From a virus: 64,000 nucleotides of DNA. Under the pieces are notes generated by a model. That model saw only the letters and a program-made list of their open reading frames with translations, was not told the DNA's origin and did no database searches. Position numbers and translations under genes: made by a program. Of the stretch, positions 8,120-15,773 are shown in pieces (the stretch's first letter is position 1; each line of letters starts with the position of its first letter). The stretch lies in the IMG/VR virus record IMGVR_UViG_3300045988_110279; one strand, 5' to 3'.

Positions 8120-8911
8120 TTAAGCCCCTACCCGGATAGTTGGAATTGAACGCATACTTGCGGAAAGTTGACGCTGAAAATCTGTCATAGGTGGAAACTC
8201 TCTCTTATTCTCATACAGGGCCTTTCTCATGGGCTTATGCTGACGCATACAATACCACATGATTTCCGCCTCAATGAGAACATCCTCAAGCCCCGTATGA
8301 CTTTCTTCAAAATCGGTATTGCCAGAAATAAACCGCCACACGATTTCCGCAGTCTTACGAGGAACGCCATTGGCCTGGACATATCCGTTTTCCTGACAGA
8401 ATTTCTTATAAGTGGGCATATTGCAGATAACATCCTGTGTCATCTTCATAATGTCCCAGATTTCCACACTATCAAACGGGAACCAGTAGCGGAACTTGGA
8501 GCAAGTGACCCATCGTTGAGTGACCCGCAGAGCGTTATCGTCAAACCGGGCATTATAAGCAGCTACCTCTTTAATCCCGTATCGCTCGATGGTATCAAGC
8601 ATAGCCTGCCGGATTTCATAAGTTGTAGCCATCTTACGAGTGCCGGCCCGCAATTCTTCGACATAGCGGGGGATTTTCCAATTATAATAGGCCGTCCGCA
8701 TGAGATCCCGCTCATCGTTGAAAATGTCCCTATTTACAAAACTGGCAGTTTCATAAATATTGCCCTTGGTATCCACTACCGCCCATCCGCAATCATAGAC
8801 AAGAACGCAACTCATATCCATGCGGGCTTTGCCGTTTTCGTCAGTTTCAGTCAGTGTGTTAGCAGTTTCAGTATCAACCACCAAAACATAGTGTCTACGC
8901 TTATCAATCAT
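8120..8911 (-). CDS. DEDDh 3'-5' exonuclease (DnaQ/RNase T-like)
   Basis: Exo I motif VVDTETAN, Exo II motif AYNARFDDNAL and Exo III motif HTGLEDVLIEAEI. Confidence 0.75.
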   Translation of the reverse strand: MIDKRRHYVLVVDTETANTLTETDENGKARMDMSCVLVYDCGWAVVDTKGNIYETASFVNRDIFNDERDLMRTAYYNWKIPRYVEELRAGTRKMATTYEIRQAMLDTIERYGIKEVAAYNARFDDNALRVTQRWVTCSKFRYWFPFDSVEIWDIMKMTQDVICNMPTYKKFCQENGYVQANGVPRKTAEIVWRFISGNTDFEESHTGLEDVLIEAEIMWYCMRQHKPMRKALYENKREFPPMTDFQRQLSASMRSIPTIRVGA

Positions 8912-8943
8912 AATCTTTGACTTCCTTTCCTCTTGTTGAGTTT

Positions 8944-8972
8944 ATTATAGCACATATCATGCTTGATGTCAA
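8944..8972 (-). promoter_or_regulatory. promoter TTGACA-17-TATAAT
   Basis: Exact consensus on the minus strand upstream of the exonuclease gene. Confidence 0.65.
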
Positions 8973-9137
8973 GAGGAAAAGGAAATTTTTATTGCGATTT
9001 ACTGCAAGCTACTGGGCATTAGAACGGCCTATTCTAACGGCGTTCACTCGACTTACGACACAATATAAATTTACTTCCTTTACTTTCTAAGAGTTCGCGA
9101 CCTCTTGATTTCTTGGCCTTCCCCTCTTGACAAATAT

Positions 9138-9166
9138 ATAATACCATACTTTCGGGATAATTACAA
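9138..9166 (-). promoter_or_regulatory. promoter TTGTAA-17-TATTAT
   Basis: Cassette promoter. A short leader ORF with an AAAGGAAG RBS follows it. Confidence 0.4.
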
Positions 9167-9175
9167 GATGGCAAA

Positions 9176-9207
9176 TTGCACAAAATTTGCAAGCCAAAAT
9201 TGTGCAA
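9176..9207. promoter_or_regulatory. inverted repeat TTGCACAA-N16-TTGTGCAA
   Basis: Best-formed copy of the operator family. Confidence 0.55.
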
Positions 9208-9228
9208 CATCGACAAAAACAAAAACTC

Positions 9229-9300
9229 GGCTCGCCGCGTGCGCCAGCGAGCCGCCCAAACGATATTAAAGAGTAAAAATAAGAGGGCCGAAGCCCTCTT
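9229..9300 (-). terminator. tandem intrinsic terminators
   Basis: ggctcgc...gcgagcc and aagagggc-cgaa-gccctctt with T-runs on the minus strand. Confidence 0.6.
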
Positions 9301-9487
9301 AATATCCAAGATATTCTTTATTAATAATCTCGTCAAGCCAATAGCTCAAATCTTCAAGCGAAATATCGTCATCAATTTCATTGTCGGCCATAACCTGATC
9401 AATTTGACCAATGAGAATGGACGCATTTTTCAATACTTGTCGCTCTTCCTCGCTGAGGATAAGCCTATTAACCTTTCTAATCTTCAT
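9299..9487 (-). CDS. small acidic hypothetical protein
   Basis: Track ORF of 62 aa ending at the terminator. Confidence 0.5.
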   Translation of the reverse strand: MKIRKVNRLILSEEERQVLKNASILIGQIDQVMADNEIDDDISLEDLSYWLDEIINKEYLGY

Positions 9488-9527
9488 TTACAAAACTTCC
9501 TTTCTTATTTTAAGATTGACTGGTGGA

Positions 9528-9992
9528 TTACTCTACCAGTCGCCATAAGGCCGTAGGTAAATCTTCATGCGGTTCGATTGTTTCTCCTAAATGCCAACCA
9601 TCCCGCACACTTTTATTATCGTCAATCAAAATAAAATTGCTAACCCCCGGCTCGAAGTATTTTCGCACACAGTTTGCTTTTGTTGTGCCATATTCCACAA
9701 GGTGGACTTTATGTGCGGGGAAGTTGTATTTTGCAAGCCAAGTGCGCTTTGCATCACGGACAGCGGTTTTATATGAGTTAGAACTGTCTTTTGCAAGCCA
9801 ACTGATAACCCGAATTTCCCAGCCCTGCTCAATAAGTTTATTGAGAACGGTATTCAATTCTTCCATATCGCAAAGAGGTTTAGCGACTGTATATGGATAG
9901 GGGTTTTCATTCATTAAATCTTTCAGCCATCCATCTACGCCGTACAGGTCAGCGATTGTTCCATCCATATCAAAGCAGAGCATCTTTTTCAT
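9528..9992 (-). CDS. HAD-superfamily 5'-nucleotidase-like phosphatase
   Basis: N-terminal CFDMDGTIADL (the DxDGT motif I). Confidence 0.55.
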   Translation of the reverse strand: MKKMLCFDMDGTIADLYGVDGWLKDLMNENPYPYTVAKPLCDMEELNTVLNKLIEQGWEIRVISWLAKDSSNSYKTAVRDAKRTWLAKYNFPAHKVHLVEYGTTKANCVRKYFEPGVSNFILIDDNKSVRDGWHLGETIEPHEDLPTALWRLVE

Positions 9993-10024
9993 TTTGATTT
10001 ACTTCCTTTCTTTAGGTTGATTAA

Positions 10025-10053
10025 AGTATATCAGATTTCGGGATAGAAAACAA
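10025..10053 (-). promoter_or_regulatory. promoter TTGTTT-17-TATACT
   Basis: Cassette promoter upstream of gene 9528..9992. Confidence 0.4.
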
Positions 10054-10061
10054 GAGGCAAA

Positions 10062-10093
10062 CTGCACAAAATTTCGGCTGGAAAATTGTGCAA
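10062..10093. promoter_or_regulatory. inverted repeat CTGCACAA...TTGTGCAA
   Basis: Operator family copy. Confidence 0.5.
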
Positions 10094-10114
10094 CTTCTAC
10101 AAAAGAGAAAATTC

Positions 10115-10193
10115 GGCGCGCCACGCACGTTAGCGCGCCGCCGAGAAGCCTATTCAAAAAATGGGATAAAAAAGAGGGCCGAAGCCCTCTTTT
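10115..10193 (-). terminator. tandem intrinsic terminators
   Basis: ggcgcgc...gcgcgcc and aagagggc-cgaa-gccctctt. Confidence 0.6.
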
Positions 10194-10653
10194 ATCTTTC
10201 ACATATATTTGCAAGAAATCTTGCAGAAAGTTTAACCATGTCATGGACAGATTCTTCGTTATTGCTATTTTTATAGCAAATAAAACCAACCTGGTCGCCA
10301 TTCACAAGAATTGGTGTAATAAACATACTTTCCCATTTTGTCGCCGAACTGCGAATATCAATCCAGTCATCGGGAACTCTTGTAATTCCAAAGGAACGCG
10401 GCCCGCATAAAATTCCATCATTGTCAAAAATAGCCGCGGCGATTCCGTTAGATGAAAGGGCATTTTGCATTTGTTTAGCGTAAGAGGAAAATTCTCCCAT
10501 TATAGAATATTTCTTAAAAACTACGCCGCCATCTTCTTCAAGAAAAATCTCTAATGGGTCGCCTTCTCTAATATGAAGGCTTCTACGGATTTCCTTTGGA
10601 ATTACTATCCGGCCCAAATCATCAATACGGCGCACAATTCCAGTAGCTTTCAT
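10192..10653 (-). CDS. AbrB/SpoVT-family transcriptional regulator (N-terminal swapped-hairpin domain plus C-terminal GAF-like domain)
   Basis: MKATGIVRRIDDLGRIVIPKEIRRSLHIREGDPLEIF matches the AbrB/SpoVT N-domain. Confidence 0.75.
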   Translation of the reverse strand: MKATGIVRRIDDLGRIVIPKEIRRSLHIREGDPLEIFLEEDGGVVFKKYSIMGEFSSYAKQMQNALSSNGIAAAIFDNDGILCGPRSFGITRVPDDWIDIRSSATKWESMFITPILVNGDQVGFICYKNSNNEESVHDMVKLSARFLANICER

Positions 10654-10705
10654 TTTTATCTGCGGGAGTGCAAGATTTATAGTCTTGCACTCCCTTCCTC
10701 CATTC

Positions 10706-11098
10706 TTAATCCAGTTCTTTCAACATCCGTTCGAGGTCAGCTTTAGTACCACCCAACTCAAGCGTAAGAATAATTTCCGTTACGGCATTTTTCTCCCAGT
10801 CGCTAACTTCCCGCATGGCCTTTTTCTTCTCGTTCTCCATAGCGGGGTAAATACAATCCTGGCAAGCCTCTACCAGCCGGTCATTATATCTGCGGAAACT
10901 CATCCCCTTGTTTTTAACCTCCGAAAGAAGTTCGTCGTTAAGGGCTTTTACCGCCTGCTTAACTTTCTCCTGCATGATTTTACACTCTGTCTCATAAGCG
11001 GAAAAGGTTTCATGGACAGCCTGCCTCTTGATTTCAGCCTTTACTCCAACTTCCTTTTCAATATACTCCCGAACAACCTTACTAACACGCATTTCCAA
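10706..11098 (-). CDS. hypothetical protein
   Basis: Track ORF. Confidence 0.5.
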   Translation of the reverse strand: MEMRVSKVVREYIEKEVGVKAEIKRQAVHETFSAYETECKIMQEKVKQAVKALNDELLSEVKNKGMSFRRYNDRLVEACQDCIYPAMENEKKKAMREVSDWEKNAVTEIILTLELGGTKADLERMLKELD

Positions 11099-11144
11099 AA
11101 CTTCCTTTCTTAATTTTAATTTTTATTTATCGGGGTCGCCCCTT

Positions 11145-11180
11145 CCATGGTCTTATTGTACCATAGTTGGGGCGATTTGT
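11145..11180 (-). promoter_or_regulatory. promoter TTGACA-17-TACAAT
   Basis: Minus strand reads ggggTTGACAaatcgccccaactatggTACAAT. Confidence 0.6.
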
Positions 11181-11187
11181 CAACCCC

Positions 11188-11340
11188 TTACATCAAAGTT
11201 TTTGCAAGATACGCAAACATTAAAATCTCCGCCGCAAACATGATTTCAAGTCCTATGCAATCTCTTTCAATAGCGGCTACAAATTGCCATACCAGACATA
11301 GAACAAAAGCAATCAGAATTATCATGGTAAAAGTTGTCAT
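11188..11340 (-). CDS. small membrane protein (~50 aa)
   Basis: Internal start MTTFTMIILIAF with a GGGGTGAG RBS. Confidence 0.4.
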   Translation of the reverse strand: MTTFTMIILIAFVLCLVWQFVAAIERDCIGLEIMFAAEILMFAYLAKTLM

Positions 11341-11344
11341 ATAC

Positions 11345-11602
11345 TCACCCCGCAAAGGAAACTTCCGCAAAGTTGATATTGAAACGCTCCCATTCACTTT
11401 CCATACCTAACATCATATCATGGAAAAGGTCATCACGATTTTCATATCCATCTTCTTCCAGAATAGCCTCCCATTCTCCATCGTCATATTGATTTTCCAG
11501 ATAATCCAAAGCAGACTTGCGGGCGGCGATGGTATTAGACGCTACGCAGATAGGTTTATCGTCGTATCCGTCCGTGACCAAAATCATTTTCTTTTCTTCC
11601 AT
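11345..11602 (-). CDS. acidic hypothetical protein
   Basis: Start MEEKKM with RBS AAAGGAAAG, TGA stop. Confidence 0.45.
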   Translation of the reverse strand: MEEKKMILVTDGYDDKPICVASNTIAARKSALDYLENQYDDGEWEAILEEDGYENRDDLFHDMMLGMESEWERFNINFAEVSFAG

Positions 11603-11655
11603 GATTTTTTCTTTCCTTTCTTTCGAGGTGTTTCTGTCTCCCTCTTTCTGATAAT

Positions 11656-11684
11656 AATATACCACAGGCAAAGCAGAAAGTCAA
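11656..11684 (-). promoter_or_regulatory. promoter TTGACT-17-TATATT
   Basis: Cassette promoter. Confidence 0.45.
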
Positions 11685-11713
11685 GCGATTTTAGGAAAAA
11701 ATCTTTCGTCAGA

Positions 11714-11745
11714 TTGCACAACAATTCGAGCCTAAAATTGTGCAA
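11714..11745. promoter_or_regulatory. inverted repeat ATTGCACAA...TTGTGCAA
   Basis: Operator family copy. Confidence 0.5.
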
Positions 11746-11767
11746 ATTGCCTCTTGATAAAAAATTC

Positions 11768-11835
11768 CGGCCGCGCCTGTGGTGCACGGCCGGGCGAACA
11801 AATAAAAAAAAAGAACCTCCTGAATTTCAGGAGGT
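11768..11835 (-). terminator. tandem intrinsic terminators
   Basis: cggccg...cggccg and acctcctg-aattt-caggaggt. Confidence 0.55.
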
Positions 11836-11875
11836 CATTAATTTCTGCATACCAACAACTCCCTTTCTTTTGAGA

Positions 11876-12106
11876 AGTCAATCGGCATTTTCAACAATCT
11901 TTAATCCGTTTGCTTGGATAATTTTCATAGATTCTTCAAGCGAGGAATCAACCGATCCGCAGTCAATACAGATATATTTTCTACCATCTTTTACCATAGT
12001 AGTGAAATAGTATTCCTAACCGGAAGTAAGTCCCATTTGTTCACGCAAACGAATCGGAATCATAATTCTACCACTTGAATCTAATTTGCGAGAGAAAGTA
12101 GTTTCT
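11876..12106 (-). CDS. AbrB/MazE-like swapped-hairpin DNA-binding protein with one in-frame TAG
   Basis: MQETTFSRKLDSSGRIMIPIRLREQMGLTSG(TAG)EYYF... The frame is complete only if TAG is sense. No obvious SD. Confidence 0.4.
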
Positions 12107-12175
12107 TGCATTTTGATAAATAAATTCTAGTGACCTAGGCTCGTGCGAAAAACGACTCCATCACGGGAATCGCCG

Positions 12176-12313
12176 ATTTAGAACAATCGGAAGGAACATT
12201 TACCACTCGCAAGGCATTTTCTGGCAGAACTGAGACATAGGACAATTTTACAAGAATCCTAGTTCAAACAGAACTCCAAAATAACCGCAAGCGCTTTCAG
12301 CACTTCTAAGGTC
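12176..12313 (-). CDS. small Cys-rich protein (45 aa, one TAG)
   Basis: RBS AAAGGAG 8 nt before the ATG. Confidence 0.3.
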
Positions 12314-12516
12314 ATTAGAAAAACTCCTTTCTTTATTTTTCTATAATTATTATAATATATTTTTTTGAAAAAATCAATAGGGCCGGCATTACGCCAGCCC
12401 TAATCTCTGCAACCAAACCAGATGGTATTTACCAATGTGAAGTAGAACTGTGCCATATCCCTTATCCGTCCAGACAGTGGAGCCGATAGGATATGTGTGC
12501 GGTAAACGCTCAATAC

Positions 12517-12732
12517 TCACTTTAGTTCCACCTCCTCGAAAGCTCCAATTTTTAGCAGATAATTATATAAGGCTCTATCTTGCTTGTCACCGGTATTAAA
12601 ATCAAGTGTACGAACACAGCCGGTAACATTGGAATTGAGAGGATGACCCAAACACCAACCAGCCATATTACAAATTGTGTTTCCAAACTCCGCAGATTTT
12701 TCTACACTTTCAAATTTAATAACAGCAATCAT
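12517..12732 (-). CDS. hypothetical protein
   Basis: Track ORF of 71 aa. Confidence 0.45.
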   Translation of the reverse strand: MIAVIKFESVEKSAEFGNTICNMAGWCLGHPLNSNVTGCVRTLDFNTGDKQDRALYNYLLKIGAFEEVELK

Positions 12733-12755
12733 ATTTATTCCTCCTTTTTATCATG

Positions 12756-12786
12756 GGGAGTGGAGATTTATGGCCTCCACTCCCGC
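12756..12786. promoter_or_regulatory. intergenic hairpin gggagtggag...ctccactccc
   Basis: Perfect 10-bp stem between two minus-strand genes, immediately 5' of an RBS. Confidence 0.5.
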
Positions 12787-12794
12787 AAGTTTTC

Positions 12795-13034
12795 TTAACC
12801 ATCTACATAAATGATTAAATTGTTATCTCTTGCCTCAATGCCGGTTACCTGAAGTCCCAGAACCCATTCCTTAGATACCTCGATTACGTCTCCTCCCAGA
12901 GTTATTCTACCATCAGGTAATTCGTGGTAATGAGCTTGGGTATTCTTATTGATAATTTCGAATCCCTCCCCGTCAAAGAACATAGTATCTTCTGCAAGCG
13001 GAGAAAGTAACCAAGCAACCATATCTAAAGTCAT
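12795..13034 (-). CDS. hypothetical protein (79 aa)
   Basis: Start MTLDMVAW with RBS AAAGGAAG. Confidence 0.45.
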   Translation of the reverse strand: MTLDMVAWLLSPLAEDTMFFDGEGFEIINKNTQAHYHELPDGRITLGGDVIEVSKEWVLGLQVTGIEARDNNLIIYVDG

Positions 13035-13086
13035 TTTTTTACTTCCTTTCAAATTCTTTTTGTGGCCTGTCCCTTTGGACAAGTAT

Positions 13087-13115
13087 ATAATAACACATGG
13101 CAAAAGGAATGTCAA
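13087..13115 (-). promoter_or_regulatory. promoter TTGACA-17-TATTAT
   Basis: Cassette promoter. Confidence 0.55.
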
Positions 13116-13143
13116 GTAATTTCGGGAGAAAAACTTTCGTCGA

Positions 13144-13180
13144 ATTGCACAGACTTTCGGTCATATAATTGTTGAAATTG
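13144..13180. promoter_or_regulatory. degenerate operator inverted repeat ATTGCACAG...ATTGTTGAAATTG
   Basis: Family member. Confidence 0.4.
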
Positions 13181-13198
13181 CCGAATAAATAAAAATTC

Positions 13199-13287
13199 GG
13201 GCCGCGGCGCACGCTGGCGGCCCGGCGAAAAGTCAATATGGAAAAGTGCATAAAAATGACTGGCAATCTTTGTGTAGATTGCCAGTC
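13199..13287 (-). terminator. tandem intrinsic terminators
   Basis: gggccgc...gcggccc and gactggcaatc-tttgtgtag-attgccagtc, both with T-runs on the minus strand. Confidence 0.6.
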
Positions 13288-13300
13288 AAGTATTATTCCT

Positions 13301-13534
13301 TTACAGCTCCATGGTTTCCATGAGATAGCCCGTGCCCATCGGCACCTCCCGCAGATTGCTGGGACTTATACGCAACTTATATTTCCTATTGATTTTATTC
13401 GCCGCACTTGTCTTATCTCTTGCTTGGACAATTACTGGTATATGGAGTTTATTCAGAGTGGGCTTATTAAGACTGAAATATCCCATCTCTCTGCGCTTGC
13501 GGCCCATGGCGTCGATATAAGTCCCTCTATACAT
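13301..13534 (-). CDS. small basic protein
   Basis: Track ORF with AGGAGG RBS. Confidence 0.5.
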   Translation of the reverse strand: MYRGTYIDAMGRKRREMGYFSLNKPTLNKLHIPVIVQARDKTSAANKINRKYKLRISPSNLREVPMGTGYLMETMEL

Positions 13535-13547
13535 TTTTTTCCTCCTA

Positions 13548-13700
13548 TTATTTAGTCATGAGAACGAACATATTATATTCGCTGTGCTGTGGGTTTGGCT
13601 CACAGTTATCCGCCACTATATCAGCCCAACTAAGAACTGCCCAGAGTAGGAGAGCGGCACAAATGCCGCCTCCTATCCGCTTAATAATTCTCATTTCCAT
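13548..13700 (-). CDS. small membrane protein (50 aa)
   Basis: MEMRIIKRIGGGICAALLLWAVL with a GGAGG RBS. Confidence 0.35.
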   Translation of the reverse strand: MEMRIIKRIGGGICAALLLWAVLSWADIVADNCEPNPQHSEYNMFVLMTK

Positions 13701-13993
13701 TTCTTTGCCTCCTGTTCTTTAACCCATTCAGTACCGATTGTATCTCCGACCATAGCAATCTTATATTCGTCTTCGCTTGCAATTCTGGTATGCAGATTGC
13801 TATTGATAAACTTTCTATTGATATAAGCCCAGTGTGGCATATAGGCCACTCGCATGGCATTAAAAGCATCCAGGTCTAAGATGATGCCGTCCTCTACCTC
13901 TGCGGAACACACATTCATCTTATACCGCAAAAGTTTAATAAATTCACGCTTTCTAAAAGTAGGCCCAACGAACCACTTAATATAATTGTTCAT
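13691..13993 (-). CDS. hypothetical protein
   Basis: Track ORF with RBS GGGGAGAAAGG. Confidence 0.5.
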   Translation of the reverse strand: MNNYIKWFVGPTFRKREFIKLLRYKMNVCSAEVEDGIILDLDAFNAMRVAYMPHWAYINRKFINSNLHTRIASEDEYKIAMVGDTIGTEWVKEQEAKKWK

Positions 13994-14038
13994 AGTCTTT
14001 TATCCTTTCTCCCCGTATAGCCGTTAGGTCAGCTTCTT

Positions 14039-14185
14039 TTTAATCTACGATTTCTCCACTGGATAAATCTACAATCCAATGATTGGGATTGACTATCTCG
14101 TGACTGGCTTTCCATCTTGCCATTGAAAGGGTGGATGGTTCATAATAGCGCATTTTCTCATTGGCTAAAACCTGTAATTGATACA
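14039..14185 (-). CDS. small hypothetical protein (48 aa)
   Basis: RBS GAAAGGGG 7 nt before the ATG. Confidence 0.3.
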
Positions 14186-14260
14186 TATAGTATACCCCTT
14201 TCTTTTAATTATTATAACCCTGCCTTGCCTTGTGTTTTGCAAGGCAGGGTTTATAAACTG

Positions 14261-14634
14261 TTATCCTCTAATTTCTTCTTCTTGGGTCTTTGTCGCCCAA
14301 TCAAAAGAGGTACGAATATCGGAAGGTCTGCGGAATTGCTCTGCTTCGGCCTCTGTCCCGCCTAATGCCATAGCATAGGCTTTCCAGTCAACCGTTCCTT
14401 TTGCGGTAGTTTCTTTATATACCACCGCTTTCGCCTTACCCTGCATTTGTACCGTGCCATATAGATAACTTGTTTTGTCCGTAGCCTTAAAAGCCTTACC
14501 TAATCTGGAAAATAGCTCTTTAGCCTTAGCCTTAGCTGCTTTCTCCGCCGCCTCCGCCGCAGACTTAGCCATCTTAGCGGCCATATACTCCATAATAATG
14601 GCTCGATCTTCATTGGTAAAATCAATCTTTTTCA
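14261..14634 (-). CDS. hypothetical protein with Ala/Lys-rich coiled coil (possibly Gam-like)
   Basis: Internal start MKKIDFTNEDR within track ORF 14261..14698. The family assignment is speculative. Confidence 0.4.
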
Positions 14635-14688
14635 TACTCTTTTGACTCCCTTTCTTTTTGTGGTGTGGTTCTCTTTTGTTCTGTCTGT

Positions 14689-14717
14689 ATTGTATCAAAC
14701 CTTTAGCAGTTTGTCAA
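14689..14717 (-). promoter_or_regulatory. promoter TTGACA-17-TACAAT
   Basis: Exact consensus on the minus strand. Confidence 0.65.
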
Positions 14718-14842
14718 TACCTTTTTTGAAATTTTTTAATTTTCAAAGTGCCGTGCTTTTGTCTCTGTCCTACTGGACAAGTCCAGTTTACCACCAAAAT
14801 GTTCACTTGTCAATAGTTTTTTTGAAATTTCTTTCTCTCTCT

Positions 14843-14873
14843 TTTGCACAAAATAAATAACATCTTGTTGTGC
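14843..14873. promoter_or_regulatory. inverted repeat TTGCACAA...TTGTGCAG
   Basis: Operator family copy. Confidence 0.5.
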
Positions 14874-15085
14874 AGTTTGCATAAACCCTTTACGCGCGCG
14901 TATTCCTTTAGGGGTGTGCTTTCTTGCTTTCGTACTTTAACGAGTGAAAGAGGCCAACTACACTTCAATACTTTACCATGTGAAAGAGGGGCGTGTATTT
15001 TGGGAAAAACTGGAAATTTTTTTGTAAAATCGTTCTGCCACGCCATTTCAAAATCTAAATCGACTTTTCAATCTCAATAACGAAA

Positions 15086-15113
15086 AAGAGAGAAGAACTC
15101 ACTTCTTCTCTCC
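15086..15113 (-). terminator. intrinsic terminator
   Basis: gagagaag-aactcac-ttcttctc plus a T-run on the minus strand. Confidence 0.55.
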
Positions 15114-15130
15114 GCATTTACAATATAATC

Positions 15131-15370
15131 TTATCCATCGTCGGTTGCTTCAAAATTAAAAATCAAATTATATCCATCCTCAGTTTCTATCATTTCATAT
15201 CCTTTTAAGATATATCCATCCTCTAGTTTAATATTAGTCGCATCAGATCTCCACATTGTAGGAATATACTCTAGCCTTGGATAACGATCGTTCTCCTTTC
15301 CGCAAGCAGTTAACAACAATACGATTAATATTATGTTAATTATAAAGCTGATACTTCTTCCCAATTTTAT
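15131..15370 (-). CDS. lipoprotein (signal peptide with LTAC lipobox)
   Basis: TTG start after a GGAGG RBS gives LIKLGRSISFIINIILIVLLLTACG... It overlaps the 3' end of the PTH2 gene. Confidence 0.45.
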   Translation of the reverse strand: MKLGRSISFIINIILIVLLLTACGKENDRYPRLEYIPTMWRSDATNIKLEDGYILKGYEMIETEDGYNLIFNFEATDDG

Positions 15371-15773
15371 CAATTTCTTCCGCCTCCATTGGCCTAAATC
15401 CAATACACGTCAAAGTCCCTTCCGGGCCTTCACGCTCTAACTCCGTCCTACAAGCATCATAAATAAGCCAGTAGTCTTTATTCTCTTCCCATCCTAATTC
15501 TTTAGCCATTGCAACAGCTTTTAGCAAATCATTCTTATTCTTCGCTCTACAAACTACTTTGGTCTCCGCTTCCGCTATCCAATTATGGAATAAGTCTCTA
15601 TCGAGGCTTATTCCTATATGATACATAAGACCGTCTCTTTCTTTAACAACTTCTTTACTTCCCCAATATAACTTTTCCAAAAGAAAAGCAATAGAAGCAT
15701 GGGAAACTTGTGCGGCAAGTTTCCCTGGAGACATATTTAAGTCTCGCCTCGCAATAATTAATTGCTTGAACAT
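15336..15773 (-). CDS. peptidyl-tRNA hydrolase, PTH2 family
   Basis: LIIARRDLNMSPGKLAAQVSHAS... with C-terminal ...TLTCIGFRP...KKYQLYN, resembling PTH2 (KMVLVVRxDLKMGKGKxAAQCSHA). Confidence 0.65.
   Translation of the reverse strand: MFKQLIIARRDLNMSPGKLAAQVSHASIAFLLEKLYWGSKEVVKERDGLMYHIGISLDRDLFHNWIAEAETKVVCRAKNKNDLLKAVAMAKELGWEENKDYWLIYDACRTELEREGPEGTLTCIGFRPMEAEEIDKIGKKYQLYN

Noticed and set aside
8168-9336. Track ORFs 8168..8920 (+) and 9034..9336 (-)
   Set aside because: The first is antisense to the DEDDh exonuclease gene. The second crosses two terminator hairpins and a promoter.
11420-12010. Plus-strand track ORF of 196 aa
   Set aside because: Antisense to three minus-strand genes and crosses the terminator pair. 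Translation is low-complexity.
12120-12340. Searched this 220-bp ORF-free gap (and 3440-3560, 4080-4870, 17890-18330) for a suppressor tRNA with CUA anticodon
   Set aside because: A TTCTAAA loop candidate near 12170 does not form a proper anticodon stem or cloverleaf. The gap is better explained by two small minus-strand ORFs. No tRNA could be supported by eye; a tRNAscan-SE/ARAGORN run is needed.
14881-15085. Direct repeats GTGAAAGAGG at about 14940 and 14977, and overlapping track ORFs 14810..15046 / 14844..15080
   Set aside because: Lies in a non-coding region between a promoter cassette and a terminator. The ORFs have no RBS. Possibly a small RNA, but this cannot be supported from sequence alone.
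5760-15115. Considered whether the repeated intergenic cassettes are a CRISPR array
   Set aside because: The repeats are not identical, the spacing is gene-sized and irregular, and each unit resolves into promoter, operator and terminator parts.
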